Counted from the first letter of the stretch, positions 9,836-18,708 are shown. The stretch: DNA of 64,000 bases from Patescibacteria group bacterium (GCA_038065355.1 JBBTRC010000010.1:157844-221843), one strand, 5' to 3'. A program made the numbers and translations. The notes: generated from the letters alone by a model not told the origin.

Positions 9836-9967
9836 TGGATAAACTTCCACCAGATAGTTTGACGTTTATGGGCGAAGACAGTTGGATGGTGCAATGTTTA
9901 AGTCTAGCGACCGTTGGTATGCTGGCCTACTTACAGATTGCACCCGCCGTAAGTCAAGTTCTATAAA
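9836..9967 (+). CDS. candidate small ORF, 43 aa, MDKLPPDSLTFMGEDSWMVQCLSLATVGMLAYLQIAPAVSQVL
   Basis: ATG to TAA with a terminator hairpin (aaagccgagc tcc gctcggcttttgtgttg, 9988-10022) 20 nt downstream. The C-terminus is hydrophobic. There is no SD, but this genome rarely uses SD. Confidence 0.25.
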
Positions 9968-10115
9968 ATTATGTAAACGTACAAACACCCCCAAAGCCGA
10001 GCTCCGCTCGGCTTTTGTGTTGTCTTGCTAATTTTTAATAAATCCGTATACTACCGGGAGCTTTTAAAGACCTATGTACCGAGGCGTTTTTAACGCTAGG
10101 GACCAATGGGCACAA

Positions 10116-10170
10116 ATCGCGCGGTTTTGGCGGCGAGCTTGTGCTCGCGCCAAAACCGCGCGATTTGTTG
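10116..10170 (+). promoter_or_regulatory. very stable ~25 bp hairpin 45 nt upstream of rplC; candidate attenuator or leader structure
   Basis: caaatcgcgcggttttggcggcgagc ttgt gctcgcgccaaaaccgcgcgatttg has one bulge and is followed by ttgttgt. Confidence 0.5.
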
Positions 10171-10211
10171 TAAGGGTCAAAAAGCCACATTTTATTATTT
10201 AATCCACACAC

Positions 10212-10838
10212 ATGAAGTTTATTGTCGGAACCAAAACTGGCATGACCCAAGTGTTCGACGAAGCCGGCACCTGTCGCGCGGCGACGGTGCTCAAAGTTGA
10301 TCCGGCCGTTGTCTCACAGGTGAAAACTCCAGAAAAAGACGGCTATACGGCTATCTTGCTGGCTTCTGGCACGCAGAAGGAACATCGCCTGAAAAAGGCT
10401 CAGAAAGGCCAGTTTGGCAGTGCGGCGATCGCTCGCGAATTTCGTCCGGACAGCGGGCAAGAAGCAGTGGTGGCAAATCTTGCGAAAGGCACAGCAGTGG
10501 ACGTGTCAGCCTTCACTCCAGGCGACACCATCACCGTGTCGGCCGTTTCCAAAGGAAAAGGTTTTCAAGGAGTGGTGAAACGTCACGGCTTTGAGGGCGG
10601 ACGCCGTAGCCACGGTCAGAAACACTCTGAACGCGAAGCCGGATCTATCGGCGGCGGCGGCCGGGCCGGCGGCCGTGTCGCAAAAAATATGCGCATGGCT
10701 GGCCGCATGGGTGGCGATACTATTACTGTCAAAAATCTCACGGTCCTCCAGGTCAATAAAGACGAAAACGTCCTTATAGTGTCAGGCGCCATCCCCGGTC
10801 GAAAAGGAACATTAGTCGAGGTCTACAGCGCGAAGTAA
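10212..10838 (+). CDS. rplC: 50S ribosomal protein L3
   Basis: 208 aa with L3 family motifs (KTGMTQVFDE...SKGKGFQGVVKRHGF). Confidence 0.95.
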   Translation: MKFIVGTKTGMTQVFDEAGTCRAATVLKVDPAVVSQVKTPEKDGYTAILLASGTQKEHRLKKAQKGQFGSAAIAREFRPDSGQEAVVANLAKGTAVDVSAFTPGDTITVSAVSKGKGFQGVVKRHGFEGGRRSHGQKHSEREAGSIGGGGRAGGRVAKNMRMAGRMGGDTITVKNLTVLQVNKDENVLIVSGAIPGRKGTLVEVYSAK

Positions 10839-10848
10839 CCACACTCAT

Positions 10849-11529
10849 ATGAATGCAAAAGTATATTCCCAAGAAGGAAAAGAAGCGGGGAGCGTGACGC
10901 TTCCTGAGACGGTCTTCGGTGTAGCCTGGAACGCAGATCTCATCCACGACGTAGTCATTGGCATGCAAAGAAACGCGCGCGCCAACACCGCCCACACGAA
11001 GTTTCGTGGCGAAGTACGGGGCGGCGGCAAGAAGCCGTGGCGACAAAAGGGCACCGGCCGAGCCAGACATGGTTCAACTCGTTCGCCTATCTGGGCGGGC
11101 GGCGGTGTGGCCCACGGGCCGCGCACCGAACGCGACTACAGCGTAAAGATCAACAAGAAGGTGAAAGCGAAAGCCCTCGCAACGGTCTTGTCTAAGAAAT
11201 TTGCTGATCAAGAAGTGGTGTTCGTTGAGTCGCTGAAACTCAGCGCGCCCAAAACCAAGGACGCGAAAGCAGTCGTGATCGCCATCGCGAAGGGTGCTAG
11301 TCAGGACGCGCTCGCAACGAAACGCAAGAATTCAGCAGTCATTGTGCTTAGCGGTCGAGACAGTGCGACCGAAAAAAGCTTCCGTAACTTCGGCAACATC
11401 GAAGTGATGCAAGCCAAGGATATCAACCCGGTTGATCTCCTCACTTATAAGTATGTGGTAGTGGCCGATCCGAAAGCGTCAATTGAAATCTTCGAGAAAC
11501 GCGTCGGCACACCAGTTAAGTCAAAGTAA
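10849..11529 (+). CDS. rplD: 50S ribosomal protein L4
   Basis: 226 aa with KPWRQKGTGRARHGS... typical of L4. Confidence 0.95.
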   Translation: MNAKVYSQEGKEAGSVTLPETVFGVAWNADLIHDVVIGMQRNARANTAHTKFRGEVRGGGKKPWRQKGTGRARHGSTRSPIWAGGGVAHGPRTERDYSVKINKKVKAKALATVLSKKFADQEVVFVESLKLSAPKTKDAKAVVIAIAKGASQDALATKRKNSAVIVLSGRDSATEKSFRNFGNIEVMQAKDINPVDLLTYKYVVVADPKASIEIFEKRVGTPVKSK

Positions 11530-11530
11530 T

Positions 11531-11902
11531 ATGGCTCTTTTTGGAAAAAAGAAAGAAACCAAAGCAGCGCCTGTCGTGGCCAAGAAGGGAACGAACGCAC
11601 CACGCGTGCTCCCGACCGTCCGCGATCTTGACTCCGTCATCGTTCACCCGCGTATCACTGAAAAGGCGGTCGCGCAAAGTGAGCAAAACGTGTACACCTT
11701 TGTGGTTCGCAAGGATGCGACAAAAGGTGTCGTGGCTGACGCAGTCAAAGCGCTCTACAACGTGACGCCGATGAAGGTCAACATCGTGAATAAACGACCG
11801 ACACATCGCCTCAAAGGCTCTACCAATCGTTTTGTGAAAGAGGCTGGTATGAAAAAGGCGTACGTGTATCTTAAAAAAGGTGACACCATTAACCTCGTCT
11901 AG
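11531..11902 (+). CDS. rplW: 50S ribosomal protein L23
   Basis: L23-like sequence (VIVHPRITEKA...YTFVV). The start is taken as the ATG at 11531 (MALFGKKK), 1 nt after the rplD stop. The ORF-track start at 11483 would overlap rplD. Confidence 0.85.
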   Translation: MALFGKKKETKAAPVVAKKGTNAPRVLPTVRDLDSVIVHPRITEKAVAQSEQNVYTFVVRKDATKGVVADAVKALYNVTPMKVNIVNKRPTHRLKGSTNRFVKEAGMKKAYVYLKKGDTINLV

Positions 11903-11908
11903 CATATT

Positions 11909-12769
11909 ATGAAATTTTATCGACCAACCTCTGCTGGACGTCGTGATAGTTCAGTCATTGAGTACAAGAAAAAGCTGACGACTACCCAAAGTCAGCCGCA
12001 TAAATCACTCACCAAGGGCAAACGCAGTACCGGCGGTCGCAACAGCCAAGGTCGTACGACCAACTTCTACCGCGGCGCTGGCAACAAGCGTACTTACCGA
12101 GAGATTGATTTTCGTTACAACAAAAAAGATGTACCGGCGAGAGTCGAATCAATCGAGTACGATCCAAACCGTTCCGGCTTTATTGCACTCGTCTGCTATG
12201 CAGACGGTGAACGCCGCTACATTCTCGCGCCGCAACAGCTTGAGAAGGGTACCGAGATTATCGTCTCAGAGACCGCCAAACCTACCGTGGGCAATCGTTT
12301 GCCGCTTCATGCCATTCCAGTCGGTATGTTTGTCTACAACGTAGAGATCAAACCCGGCGCTGGCGCCAAGCTCGCTCGTTCGGCTGGCAACTACGTGGAA
12401 GTAGTGGCTCAAGATGAGAACTACACCACGCTCAAAATGCCATCGACCGAAATCCGCAAGGTAATAAAAACAGCCTGGGCTTCGATTGGTTCTGTTTCAA
12501 ACGAAGAAAATCGTTTGGTGGCAATCGGCAAGGCCGGACGTGCTCGCCACATGGGACTTCGTCCGAAGACTCGTGGTACAGCGCGGAACGCAGTCGACCA
12601 CCCGCACGGAGGTGGTGAAGGCCGTAGTCCTCGCGGTCACCGCCGCAGTCGTACGATGCAAGGTCGTCCGACCGGTAAAGGTCAAAAGACCCGATCACCA
12701 AAGAAATATTCCAATCCCTTCATTGTCGAACGCCGCAAGCCCGGCCGTCTGATGGGCGGATCGCGGTAA
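11909..12769 (+). CDS. rplB: 50S ribosomal protein L2
   Basis: 286 aa with the conserved L2 core and HPHGGGEG motif. Confidence 0.96.
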   Translation: MKFYRPTSAGRRDSSVIEYKKKLTTTQSQPHKSLTKGKRSTGGRNSQGRTTNFYRGAGNKRTYREIDFRYNKKDVPARVESIEYDPNRSGFIALVCYADGERRYILAPQQLEKGTEIIVSETAKPTVGNRLPLHAIPVGMFVYNVEIKPGAGAKLARSAGNYVEVVAQDENYTTLKMPSTEIRKVIKTAWASIGSVSNEENRLVAIGKAGRARHMGLRPKTRGTARNAVDHPHGGGEGRSPRGHRRSRTMQGRPTGKGQKTRSPKKYSNPFIVERRKPGRLMGGSR

Positions 12770-12773
12770 CACA

Positions 12774-12803
12774 AAAACACCCCCTTGCGGGGTGTTTTTG
12801 TGT
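12774..12803 (+). terminator. terminator after rplB
   Basis: aaaacacccc cttgc ggggtgtttttgtg. Confidence 0.75.
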
Positions 12804-12899
12804 GAGCACCTGACTTTCGTCAGGTGTGTACCGCGATCCGAGCCGGAGCGTTGTGAAGTGCGCAATTCCTAGCGCACAAAACAGCGGGAGAGGTTGCGA

Positions 12900-12943
12900 A
12901 CACAGCCAAAATCACGTACTTTCGTGCGTGATTTTGGCTGTGT
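12900..12943 (+). promoter_or_regulatory. 17 bp perfect hairpin upstream of the acidic protein gene
   Basis: acacagccaaaatcacg tactttcgtg cgtgattttggctgtgt. Confidence 0.5.
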
Positions 12944-12980
12944 TACACTACCTATATATCAGCATGTAATCGTTATCATC

Positions 12981-14168
12981 ATGAGTACTATTCGCTTCCA
13001 CGTCTATCTAATCACCTTTAGTTTTTTCACATTTGGTTTTTTCTTTGTTCCGACTTTTTCATTTGCGGCCAATGAATGCTCGTTCACCCGCCAGCTGGAA
13101 GTCGGTATTGACGGAGAGGACGTGCGCTGTCTTCAACGTTACCTAAATGCGACTGGGTTTGTCATCGCGGATAGCGGTCCCGGTTCGCCCAGCAACGAAA
13201 CCTCACTCTTCCGTGACAAGACTAAAGAGGCGGTGATTCGTTGGCAAATAGCCAAAAAAATAACTCCAGCGAGCGGTATCTTTGGACAAAAATCCCAAGC
13301 CGCCTATCTGATCGACCAAGTGGCCCTCTTGCGGCCGCCAGTCACCACTACTCCGGTTGTGGTGCAGGCACCGTCGCCAACTCCGCAGGTGGCCGGTATT
13401 TCAACTTCCCAGCCTTCAAAACTGCAGGCAGAATTGGAACAAGCCATCCTTGATGCGATAGACATATTTGAGGACGCCGAAAACGAGATAGAAGACGCGC
13501 GAGACGAAGGGAGGAGCACTGATGGATTCGAAGATGATCTCAACGATGCGCGCGACGAACTCTTTGCCGCCATCCGATCGTACTTTGACGAAGACTGGGA
13601 GGACGGGCTCGGCCAAGCGGATGACGCCTTTGACGCCGCCGAAGATGCCTTTTCCGATGCGGGTGGAGAAACGGAAGAAGACGACGCTGAAGAGCTTCTT
13701 GATGAGGTGAATGACGCACTCAAGGATGCCGAGGAAGAGATAGAGGACGCGAAAGATGATGATAAAGATACCGACGACGCTGAAGACTACCTCGACGACG
13801 CCGAAAACACCCTGAATGATGCAGAAGACGCCTTTGACGATGAAGACTACGACGAAGCGATTGATCTCGCAGAAGAAGCGGAAGACTTAATCGACGACGC
13901 GCTTGATGCAATTGGTGATAGTGACGACGAATCCGATGCGGAGGATGCGCTCGATGATGCGCAAAATGCGTACGACGACGCCAAGGATGAGATTGAAGAG
14001 GCGGAAGATGATGGCGACGACGTCGAGGACGCACTTGACCTCTTAGACGAAGCGAAAGACCTACTTGACGACGCGGAAGACGCCTTTGACGATGAAGACT
14101 ACGACGAAGTGCTTGATCTGGTCGAGGAAGCGGAAGACCTCATCGACGAAGCGCTCGACGAGATTTAG
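12981..14168 (+). CDS. secreted hyper-acidic repeat protein with an N-terminal peptidoglycan-binding (PG_binding_1-like) domain
   Basis: The start is taken at the internal Met (MSTIRFHVYLITFSFFTFGFFFVPTFSFA signal), because the upstream part of the ORF overlaps the hairpin. Residues ~35-110 (GEDVRCLQRYL...GIFGQKSQAAYL) resemble the PG-binding repeat. The C-terminal ~250 aa are roughly 60% D/E, with two ~84 aa tandem repeats (DAEDAFDDEDYDE[AV][IL]DL[AV]EEAEDLID[DE]ALD) also visible as ~100 bp DNA direct repeats at ~13820-13920 and ~14070-14165. Confidence 0.65.
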   Translation: MSTIRFHVYLITFSFFTFGFFFVPTFSFAANECSFTRQLEVGIDGEDVRCLQRYLNATGFVIADSGPGSPSNETSLFRDKTKEAVIRWQIAKKITPASGIFGQKSQAAYLIDQVALLRPPVTTTPVVVQAPSPTPQVAGISTSQPSKLQAELEQAILDAIDIFEDAENEIEDARDEGRSTDGFEDDLNDARDELFAAIRSYFDEDWEDGLGQADDAFDAAEDAFSDAGGETEEDDAEELLDEVNDALKDAEEEIEDAKDDDKDTDDAEDYLDDAENTLNDAEDAFDDEDYDEAIDLAEEAEDLIDDALDAIGDSDDESDAEDALDDAQNAYDDAKDEIEEAEDDGDDVEDALDLLDEAKDLLDDAEDAFDDEDYDEVLDLVEEAEDLIDEALDEI

Positions 14169-14175
14169 GAAATAA

Positions 14176-14212
14176 AAAAGCGGCGCGGCCTAGAGGCCGC
14201 GCCGCTTTTTGC
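14176..14212. terminator. bidirectional terminator
   Basis: aaaaagcggcgcggcc taga ggccgcgccgctttttgcg. Confidence 0.8.
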
Positions 14213-14240
14213 GTTGTATAAATTCGATACGCCTATTTTC

Positions 14241-14555
14241 TCACACTCCTGGCTTTCGCTCACGCTCCTTAAATACCCAGTCACGAAGTTGCTTGCTGGC
14301 TTTGAGCGCGGCAAAAACAGTGCGGGGATTGCTGTTTGTGTGTACGGCTACTCTCTGACTACTCTGGCCGCTCACTAGTAGCTCAAAGCCAGCTTTCGTA
14401 TGCACTGCCGTCACAAATCTTGTCCCGCTACCAGTGCGGTTTGGCCGGATTTCGCCCGGCGCGATCATTTTGATACCTGGAATTTTCTTAAGTTCTGCGA
14501 CCACAATAGCGGCTGTTTCTGTGAGAGAAGAATGTTCGCGACCGCGGGGCTTTGC
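14241..14555 (-). CDS. hypothetical small protein (~104 aa)
   Basis: Minus-strand ORF MAKPRGREHSS...; no family recognised. It sits between the acidic protein and the pentapeptide-repeat gene. Confidence 0.4.
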   Translation of the reverse strand, partial: AKPRGREHSSLTETAAIVVAELKKIPGIKMIAPGEIRPNRTGSGTRFVTAVHTKAGFELLVSGQSSQRVAVHTNSNPRTVFAALKASKQLRDWVFKERERKPGV

Positions 14556-14582
14556 CATATTTGAGAGCATAGCACAAAAGAA

Positions 14583-14612
14583 AGGCCGGACGCGCGTTGC
14601 GCGTCCGGCCTG
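14583..14612 (-). terminator. terminator after the pentapeptide-repeat gene
   Basis: ggccggacgcgc gttg cgcgtccggcc (11 bp stem) followed on the minus strand by tttcttttg. Confidence 0.7.
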
Positions 14613-14622
14613 GGACTAAAGA

Positions 14623-15198
14623 TCACGTCTGCATGCCCGGTCCAAGCGGACTCGATTTGTCGATCATAGCTTGGACATCTTCACGCGAAAGACCGAGCAT
14701 TCTTCTGGCTGTCGAAGTTGAGACGAAAATACCATTCTTGTGAAGCAGAAGTTGCTGAGCCAGAACTGGGTCAGAAGTAGTGACACTATTTCTGAACCAG
14801 GCGTAAACAAAAATCCATGACGCATTACCCATTACGTCACACAAATCCACGTGTCCTTTAAAGAGGGTACTTTCAAAGTCAGCAACCCCTCTGAAGGTAA
14901 CTTCGACGAAGGTCACTAGACCGGAGAATTCCGTGTTATGGAATGAGGCGTCACTTTTAAAAACAGCACCATCGAAGTGGGTAAATTCGTGGAATTGACT
15001 GCAAATAAAATTGGCACTCTTTTCAAAAATGGCTTCTCTAAAGGAGATATCTTCTGAAAATTCGTGATTGGTTACTCTAATGTCAGTGGTAAAGATAACC
15101 TTATTGAAGTTAGTTCGACCTTGCTTGAGTGCGAGAAAAAACTCCTCCTCAGTCATCTTTTCACACACAAGAGCTTCACCGCTCTCTTCGGTACCCAT
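14623..15198 (-). CDS. pentapeptide-repeat protein
   Basis: 191 aa. The central region is made of consecutive A(D/N/S)(L/F)xx pentapeptides (ANFICSQFHEFTHFDGAVFKSDASFHNTEFSGLVTFVEVTFRGVADFESTLFKGHVDL). Confidence 0.75.
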   Translation of the reverse strand: MGTEESGEALVCEKMTEEEFFLALKQGRTNFNKVIFTTDIRVTNHEFSEDISFREAIFEKSANFICSQFHEFTHFDGAVFKSDASFHNTEFSGLVTFVEVTFRGVADFESTLFKGHVDLCDVMGNASWIFVYAWFRNSVTTSDPVLAQQLLLHKNGIFVSTSTARRMLGLSREDVQAMIDKSSPLGPGMQT

Positions 15199-15262
15199 GT
15201 GGTTATTCCTTTCAAGGTACGGAGTTTAACTGCAACAATACAATCACTTTCTAGGATTTTGT

Positions 15263-15293
15263 CAAGCGGGCGGCACCCATTTTTTGGGTGCCG
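15263..15293. promoter_or_regulatory. perfect 11 bp hairpin in the intergenic region
   Basis: gggcggcaccc atttttt gggtgccgccc. Confidence 0.4.
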
Positions 15294-15477
15294 CCCACCT
15301 TCCAAATAGTTGACTTTATTTGCCATTTTAGGTACTCTTTCCCCGTTCCAACCTTTGTCGCACGTTGTTCACCAGCTCGTCTCGTGAACGACAAAATCAA
15401 CAAAATAATGGAATGGGAGTCCCTCTTAAGGCCGGCCGTTACCTGTCTTTACCAGGGATTCCCACTCGACCGCCACT

Positions 15478-15516
15478 GAAGCGGTAATTTTTGGTTTTTA
15501 CCAAAAATTACCGCTA
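15478..15516. promoter_or_regulatory. perfect 15 bp AT-rich hairpin upstream of rpsS
   Basis: gcggtaatttttggt tttt accaaaaattaccgc. Confidence 0.45.
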
Positions 15517-15663
15517 TACGCGGTATTACCAACTAAATGAAAAGGGTAGTGCTGAGTGAAATTCGCGAAGCTTAGGAATTTTTCGAGGGAGACGTAGTCC
15601 TTCTACGATGACCGAGAAAAATTCCGTAGCGACAAAGAATTTCGCCAGCAGTACCATTTGAAT

Positions 15664-15990
15664 ATGTCACGATCACTCTATAAAGGACCCTACGTAGACG
15701 AGAAACTTCTCAAAAAAATCGCCGGAAAAAAACCCGGAGAGGGTGGCGTCGTCAAGACCTGGTCGCGCCGCTCGGTCATTTCACCAGAAATGGTCGGCTT
15801 CACCTTCGGCGTGCACAATGGCAAGAGCCATGTTGACGTGCTCGTTGCCGAAGAAATGGTCGGCCACAAGTTTGGTGAATTTTCACCAACCAAGAAATTC
15901 CATCGCCACGGAGGTAAGATGCAAAAAGAACTTGAAGTGAAGAAGAAGGAAGCTGAAATTGCCGCCGCGAAAGCTGCGAAGGCTGTGTAA
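15664..15990 (+). CDS. rpsS: 30S ribosomal protein S19
   Basis: [12 protein letters not shown]...[26 protein letters not shown]: the S19 signature, followed by a C-terminal K/A-rich tail. The ATG at 15658 is an alternative start. Confidence 0.93.
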   Translation: MSRSLYKGPYVDEKLLKKIAGKKPGEGGVVKTWSRRSVISPEMVGFTFGVHNGKSHVDVLVAEEMVGHKFGEFSPTKKFHRHGGKMQKELEVKKKEAEIAAAKAAKAV

Positions 15991-15999
15991 TGTCCCCGT

Positions 16000-16323
16000 A
16001 TGAAAGCAATTCTAAAAAATTATCGCCAATCACCACGCAAAGTCCGTTTGCTGGCTGACGTGGTGCGCGGCAAGAAAGTCTCTGACGCACTCTCGACTTT
16101 GCAATTTATCGATAAACGCGCCTCCGGACCGTTTGCCAAACTCATTCAATCAGCCGTTGCGAATGCCAAAGGGCAAGGCAAAGATGTAGAAAAACTCTTC
16201 ATCAAGCACGTGGCCGTCAATAAGGGCGATGTCATGAAGCGCTCTATGCCTCGCGCCCGCGGTTCTGCCTCACGTATTAACAAGCGTAACAGCCATATCT
16301 TAGTTGAGCTTGGCGAGAAATAA
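16000..16323 (+). CDS. rplV: 50S ribosomal protein L22
   Basis: 107 aa L22 family. Confidence 0.92.
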   Translation: MKAILKNYRQSPRKVRLLADVVRGKKVSDALSTLQFIDKRASGPFAKLIQSAVANAKGQGKDVEKLFIKHVAVNKGDVMKRSMPRARGSASRINKRNSHILVELGEK

Positions 16324-16325
16324 TT

Positions 16326-17090
16326 ATGACACACGTAGCACATCCATATGTCCAACGTATCGGCGTCAACCGCGACTGGAAAAGCCGCTGGATTACGACC
16401 GATCCCAAAAAATTCCGTGAGTACCTGCGCGTCGATGCCGCCATTCGCAAATTCCTCAAAACTCGCCTCAAAGGCATGTCTGTTGACGCGATTGAAATCG
16501 AGCGCAGCCAAAAAGATATCCGCATCATTATCAAAACCTCACGCCCCGGTCTTATCATCGGTCGGAGCGGTGAAGGTATCACCAACCTCAAGAAGGAGAT
16601 GAGTCTCTTCCTCCGCAAACAAAAAATGAGCGGCAAGCCTGAAGTCAAGCTTGATATTGAGGAGATTCGTTCGCCAGAATCAAGCGCCCGGATCGTCGGC
16701 CAGATGGTCGCCGAAGGTCTTGAGAAGCGTCTCACCTTCCGCCGCGTCATGAAGCAGACAGTCGAAAAGGTCATGGCCAACCGCGACGTGCAAGGTGTCC
16801 GCATCATCATGGCTGGCCGTCTTGGCGGCGCTGATATGGCTCGCACTGAAGAGCTGAAGAAAGGGCGTATTCCACTCCAGACCCTGCGCGCTGACATCGA
16901 CTTTGCGCGTGTGGAAGCCAACCTGCCGTACGGTGTGATTGGTATTAAGGTATGGATCTACCGCGGCGAAGTCTTTACCGACCGCAAAGCCGGCCAGCAA
17001 GAACAAGCACCGCGTTCCACTCGCGCTCCTCGACAAGAGCAAACGCCGCACACTGCTCGTGCTCCTCGAACTCCAAAGACCACTAAATAA
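16326..17090 (+). CDS. rpsC: 30S ribosomal protein S3
   Basis: 254 aa with S3 KH and C-terminal domains, plus a ~45 aa Q/A/P/R-rich C-terminal extension. Confidence 0.95.
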   Translation: MTHVAHPYVQRIGVNRDWKSRWITTDPKKFREYLRVDAAIRKFLKTRLKGMSVDAIEIERSQKDIRIIIKTSRPGLIIGRSGEGITNLKKEMSLFLRKQKMSGKPEVKLDIEEIRSPESSARIVGQMVAEGLEKRLTFRRVMKQTVEKVMANRDVQGVRIIMAGRLGGADMARTEELKKGRIPLQTLRADIDFARVEANLPYGVIGIKVWIYRGEVFTDRKAGQQEQAPRSTRAPRQEQTPHTARAPRTPKTTK

Positions 17091-17096
17091 TCGCGT

Positions 17097-17531
17097 ATGT
17101 TATTTCCAAAAAAAGTAAAACACCGAAAGTGGCAAACCAATCGCATTAGCGAAGAGCGCCGCAATCGTCCAGATACGCGGGGTATTACCGTGTCCTACGG
17201 CGAGTACGGCCTTAAGGCCACCTCAGCCTCACGGGTGAAATCAAACCAAATCGAAGCCGCTCGCCGCGTCATCTCCCGCACGCTCGGAAAGACGGGCAAG
17301 GTGTGGATTCGCATTTTCCCCGATCGACCGATCACTAAGAAAGCCGCTGAGTTACCGATGGGGAAGGGCAAGGGCGATCCTGACCACTTCGTCTTTGAGG
17401 TACGTCCGGGCCGGATTCTCTTTGAGATCGACGGCGTTCCCGAAGATATCGCTCGCGAAGCGTTTCGTAAGGCCACCGCCAAATTACCAGTAAAAGGAAA
17501 GTTCGTGCGTCGTGAAGACACACGAGTGTAA
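17097..17531 (+). CDS. rplP: 50S ribosomal protein L16
   Basis: 144 aa L16 family (KHRKWQ...PMGKGKG). Confidence 0.95.
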   Translation: MLFPKKVKHRKWQTNRISEERRNRPDTRGITVSYGEYGLKATSASRVKSNQIEAARRVISRTLGKTGKVWIRIFPDRPITKKAAELPMGKGKGDPDHFVFEVRPGRILFEIDGVPEDIAREAFRKATAKLPVKGKFVRREDTRV

Positions 17532-17541
17532 TCGTTTCTCT

Positions 17542-17742
17542 ATGACAAATATGCAAGACATTCGCAAAAAGTCTGATAAAGAGCTCGCCGAAATGGTGAG
17601 TGAAGCGCGCAAAGACGTGCGGCAAGAACGATTTAAAGATCGTTTCAGTCGCAAGGCCGGCGCTATCCGTCAGGCCAAGCAAACGATTGCTCGTGTGCTC
17701 GGTGAATTATCAGCTCGCCGTCATAATCCTGATACCAAATAG
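17542..17742 (+). CDS. rpmC: 50S ribosomal protein L29
   Basis: The start is taken as the ATG at 17542 (MTNMQDIRKKSDKELAEM), after the rplP stop. L29 family. Confidence 0.85.
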   Translation: MTNMQDIRKKSDKELAEMVSEARKDVRQERFKDRFSRKAGAIRQAKQTIARVLGELSARRHNPDTK

Positions 17743-17745
17743 CGT

Positions 17746-17997
17746 ATGAGTACCGAATATACAAGCAACGGTCGCGTGTTCCGCGGAAAGGTGATTGCCT
17801 CAAAAATGAAAGATACAATCACGGTAGCGGTCGAGCGATATGTCAAACACCCAAAATACAAGAAGTTCCTTCGCCGCACGAAGAAGTATCTCGTGCATGA
17901 CGTGGGAAATACTGCCCAAATCGGTGATGTGGTCGACATCAAAGAAACCCGCCCGATTTCAAAGCGCAAGAGCTTTATGCTCCTAACTAGCAAGTAG
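17746..17997 (+). CDS. rpsQ: 30S ribosomal protein S17
   Basis: 83 aa S17 family. Confidence 0.93.
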   Translation: MSTEYTSNGRVFRGKVIASKMKDTITVAVERYVKHPKYKKFLRRTKKYLVHDVGNTAQIGDVVDIKETRPISKRKSFMLLTSK

Positions 17998-17998
17998 T

Positions 17999-18370
17999 AT
18001 GATTCAACCTCAATCAATCGTAAAAATCACCGACAACTCAGGCGGCAAGATCGGCCGCGTGTTTAAGGTGCTCGGCGGTTCAAAAAAGCGCTACGCTGAA
18101 CTCGGCGAAATGGTCGTGCTATCTATCCAGACAGCCGAGCCACGCAAATTAGTCAAGAAAAAGGACGTGGTATACGGTGTGGTCGTGCGACAACGCAAGG
18201 CGTTTCGCCGCGCCGACGGTTCCTACATTCGTTTTGACGATAATGCAGTGGTGTTGGTCGACAAGGAAAAGAAAGAACCAAAAGCCAACCGCGTGTTTGG
18301 TCCGGTGCCACGCGAACTCTCTGATGCAGGGTACCAGAAGATAGTTTCCCTCGCGCCAGAGATAGTCTAG
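17999..18370 (+). CDS. rplN: 50S ribosomal protein L14
   Basis: 123 aa L14 family (MIQPQSIVKITDNSGGK). Confidence 0.96.
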   Translation: MIQPQSIVKITDNSGGKIGRVFKVLGGSKKRYAELGEMVVLSIQTAEPRKLVKKKDVVYGVVVRQRKAFRRADGSYIRFDDNAVVLVDKEKKEPKANRVFGPVPRELSDAGYQKIVSLAPEIV

Positions 18371-18396
18371 CGTGGCATTGTAACTACAAAATTCCT

Positions 18397-18708
18397 ATGA
18401 AAATCAGAAAAGGAGACACCGTCAAGGTAACGACGGGCAAAGACAAAGGCAAGACCGGCACCGTGCTGACAGTTTTTCCCCAGCACAACCAAGTGCTCAT
18501 CGAAGGCGTCAACGTGGTCAAACGACACCAGAAGAACACCCGCGCCCGCTCGCAAGGACAAATCATTGAGAAGAGCATGCCGATAGATGCATCCAACGTG
18601 TCGCTCATCGAAGGTGATGTCACCGTACGCGCTTCCTACATCTTCGAAGGGGAAGGTGAGAAGCGCAAGAAGGTCCGCATTTCAAAAGTAAGCGGTAAGA
18701 AAATTTAA
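18397..18708 (+). CDS. rplX: 50S ribosomal protein L24
   Basis: 103 aa L24 KOW domain (MKIRKGDTVKV). Confidence 0.93.
   Translation: MKIRKGDTVKVTTGKDKGKTGTVLTVFPQHNQVLIEGVNVVKRHQKNTRARSQGQIIEKSMPIDASNVSLIEGDVTVRASYIFEGEGEKRKKVRISKVSGKKI

Noticed and set aside
12894-12980. N-terminal 29 codons of the ORF-track version of the acidic protein.
   Set aside because: This stretch overlaps the 17 bp hairpin and lacks signal-peptide logic. The internal Met at 12981 gives a canonical signal peptide.
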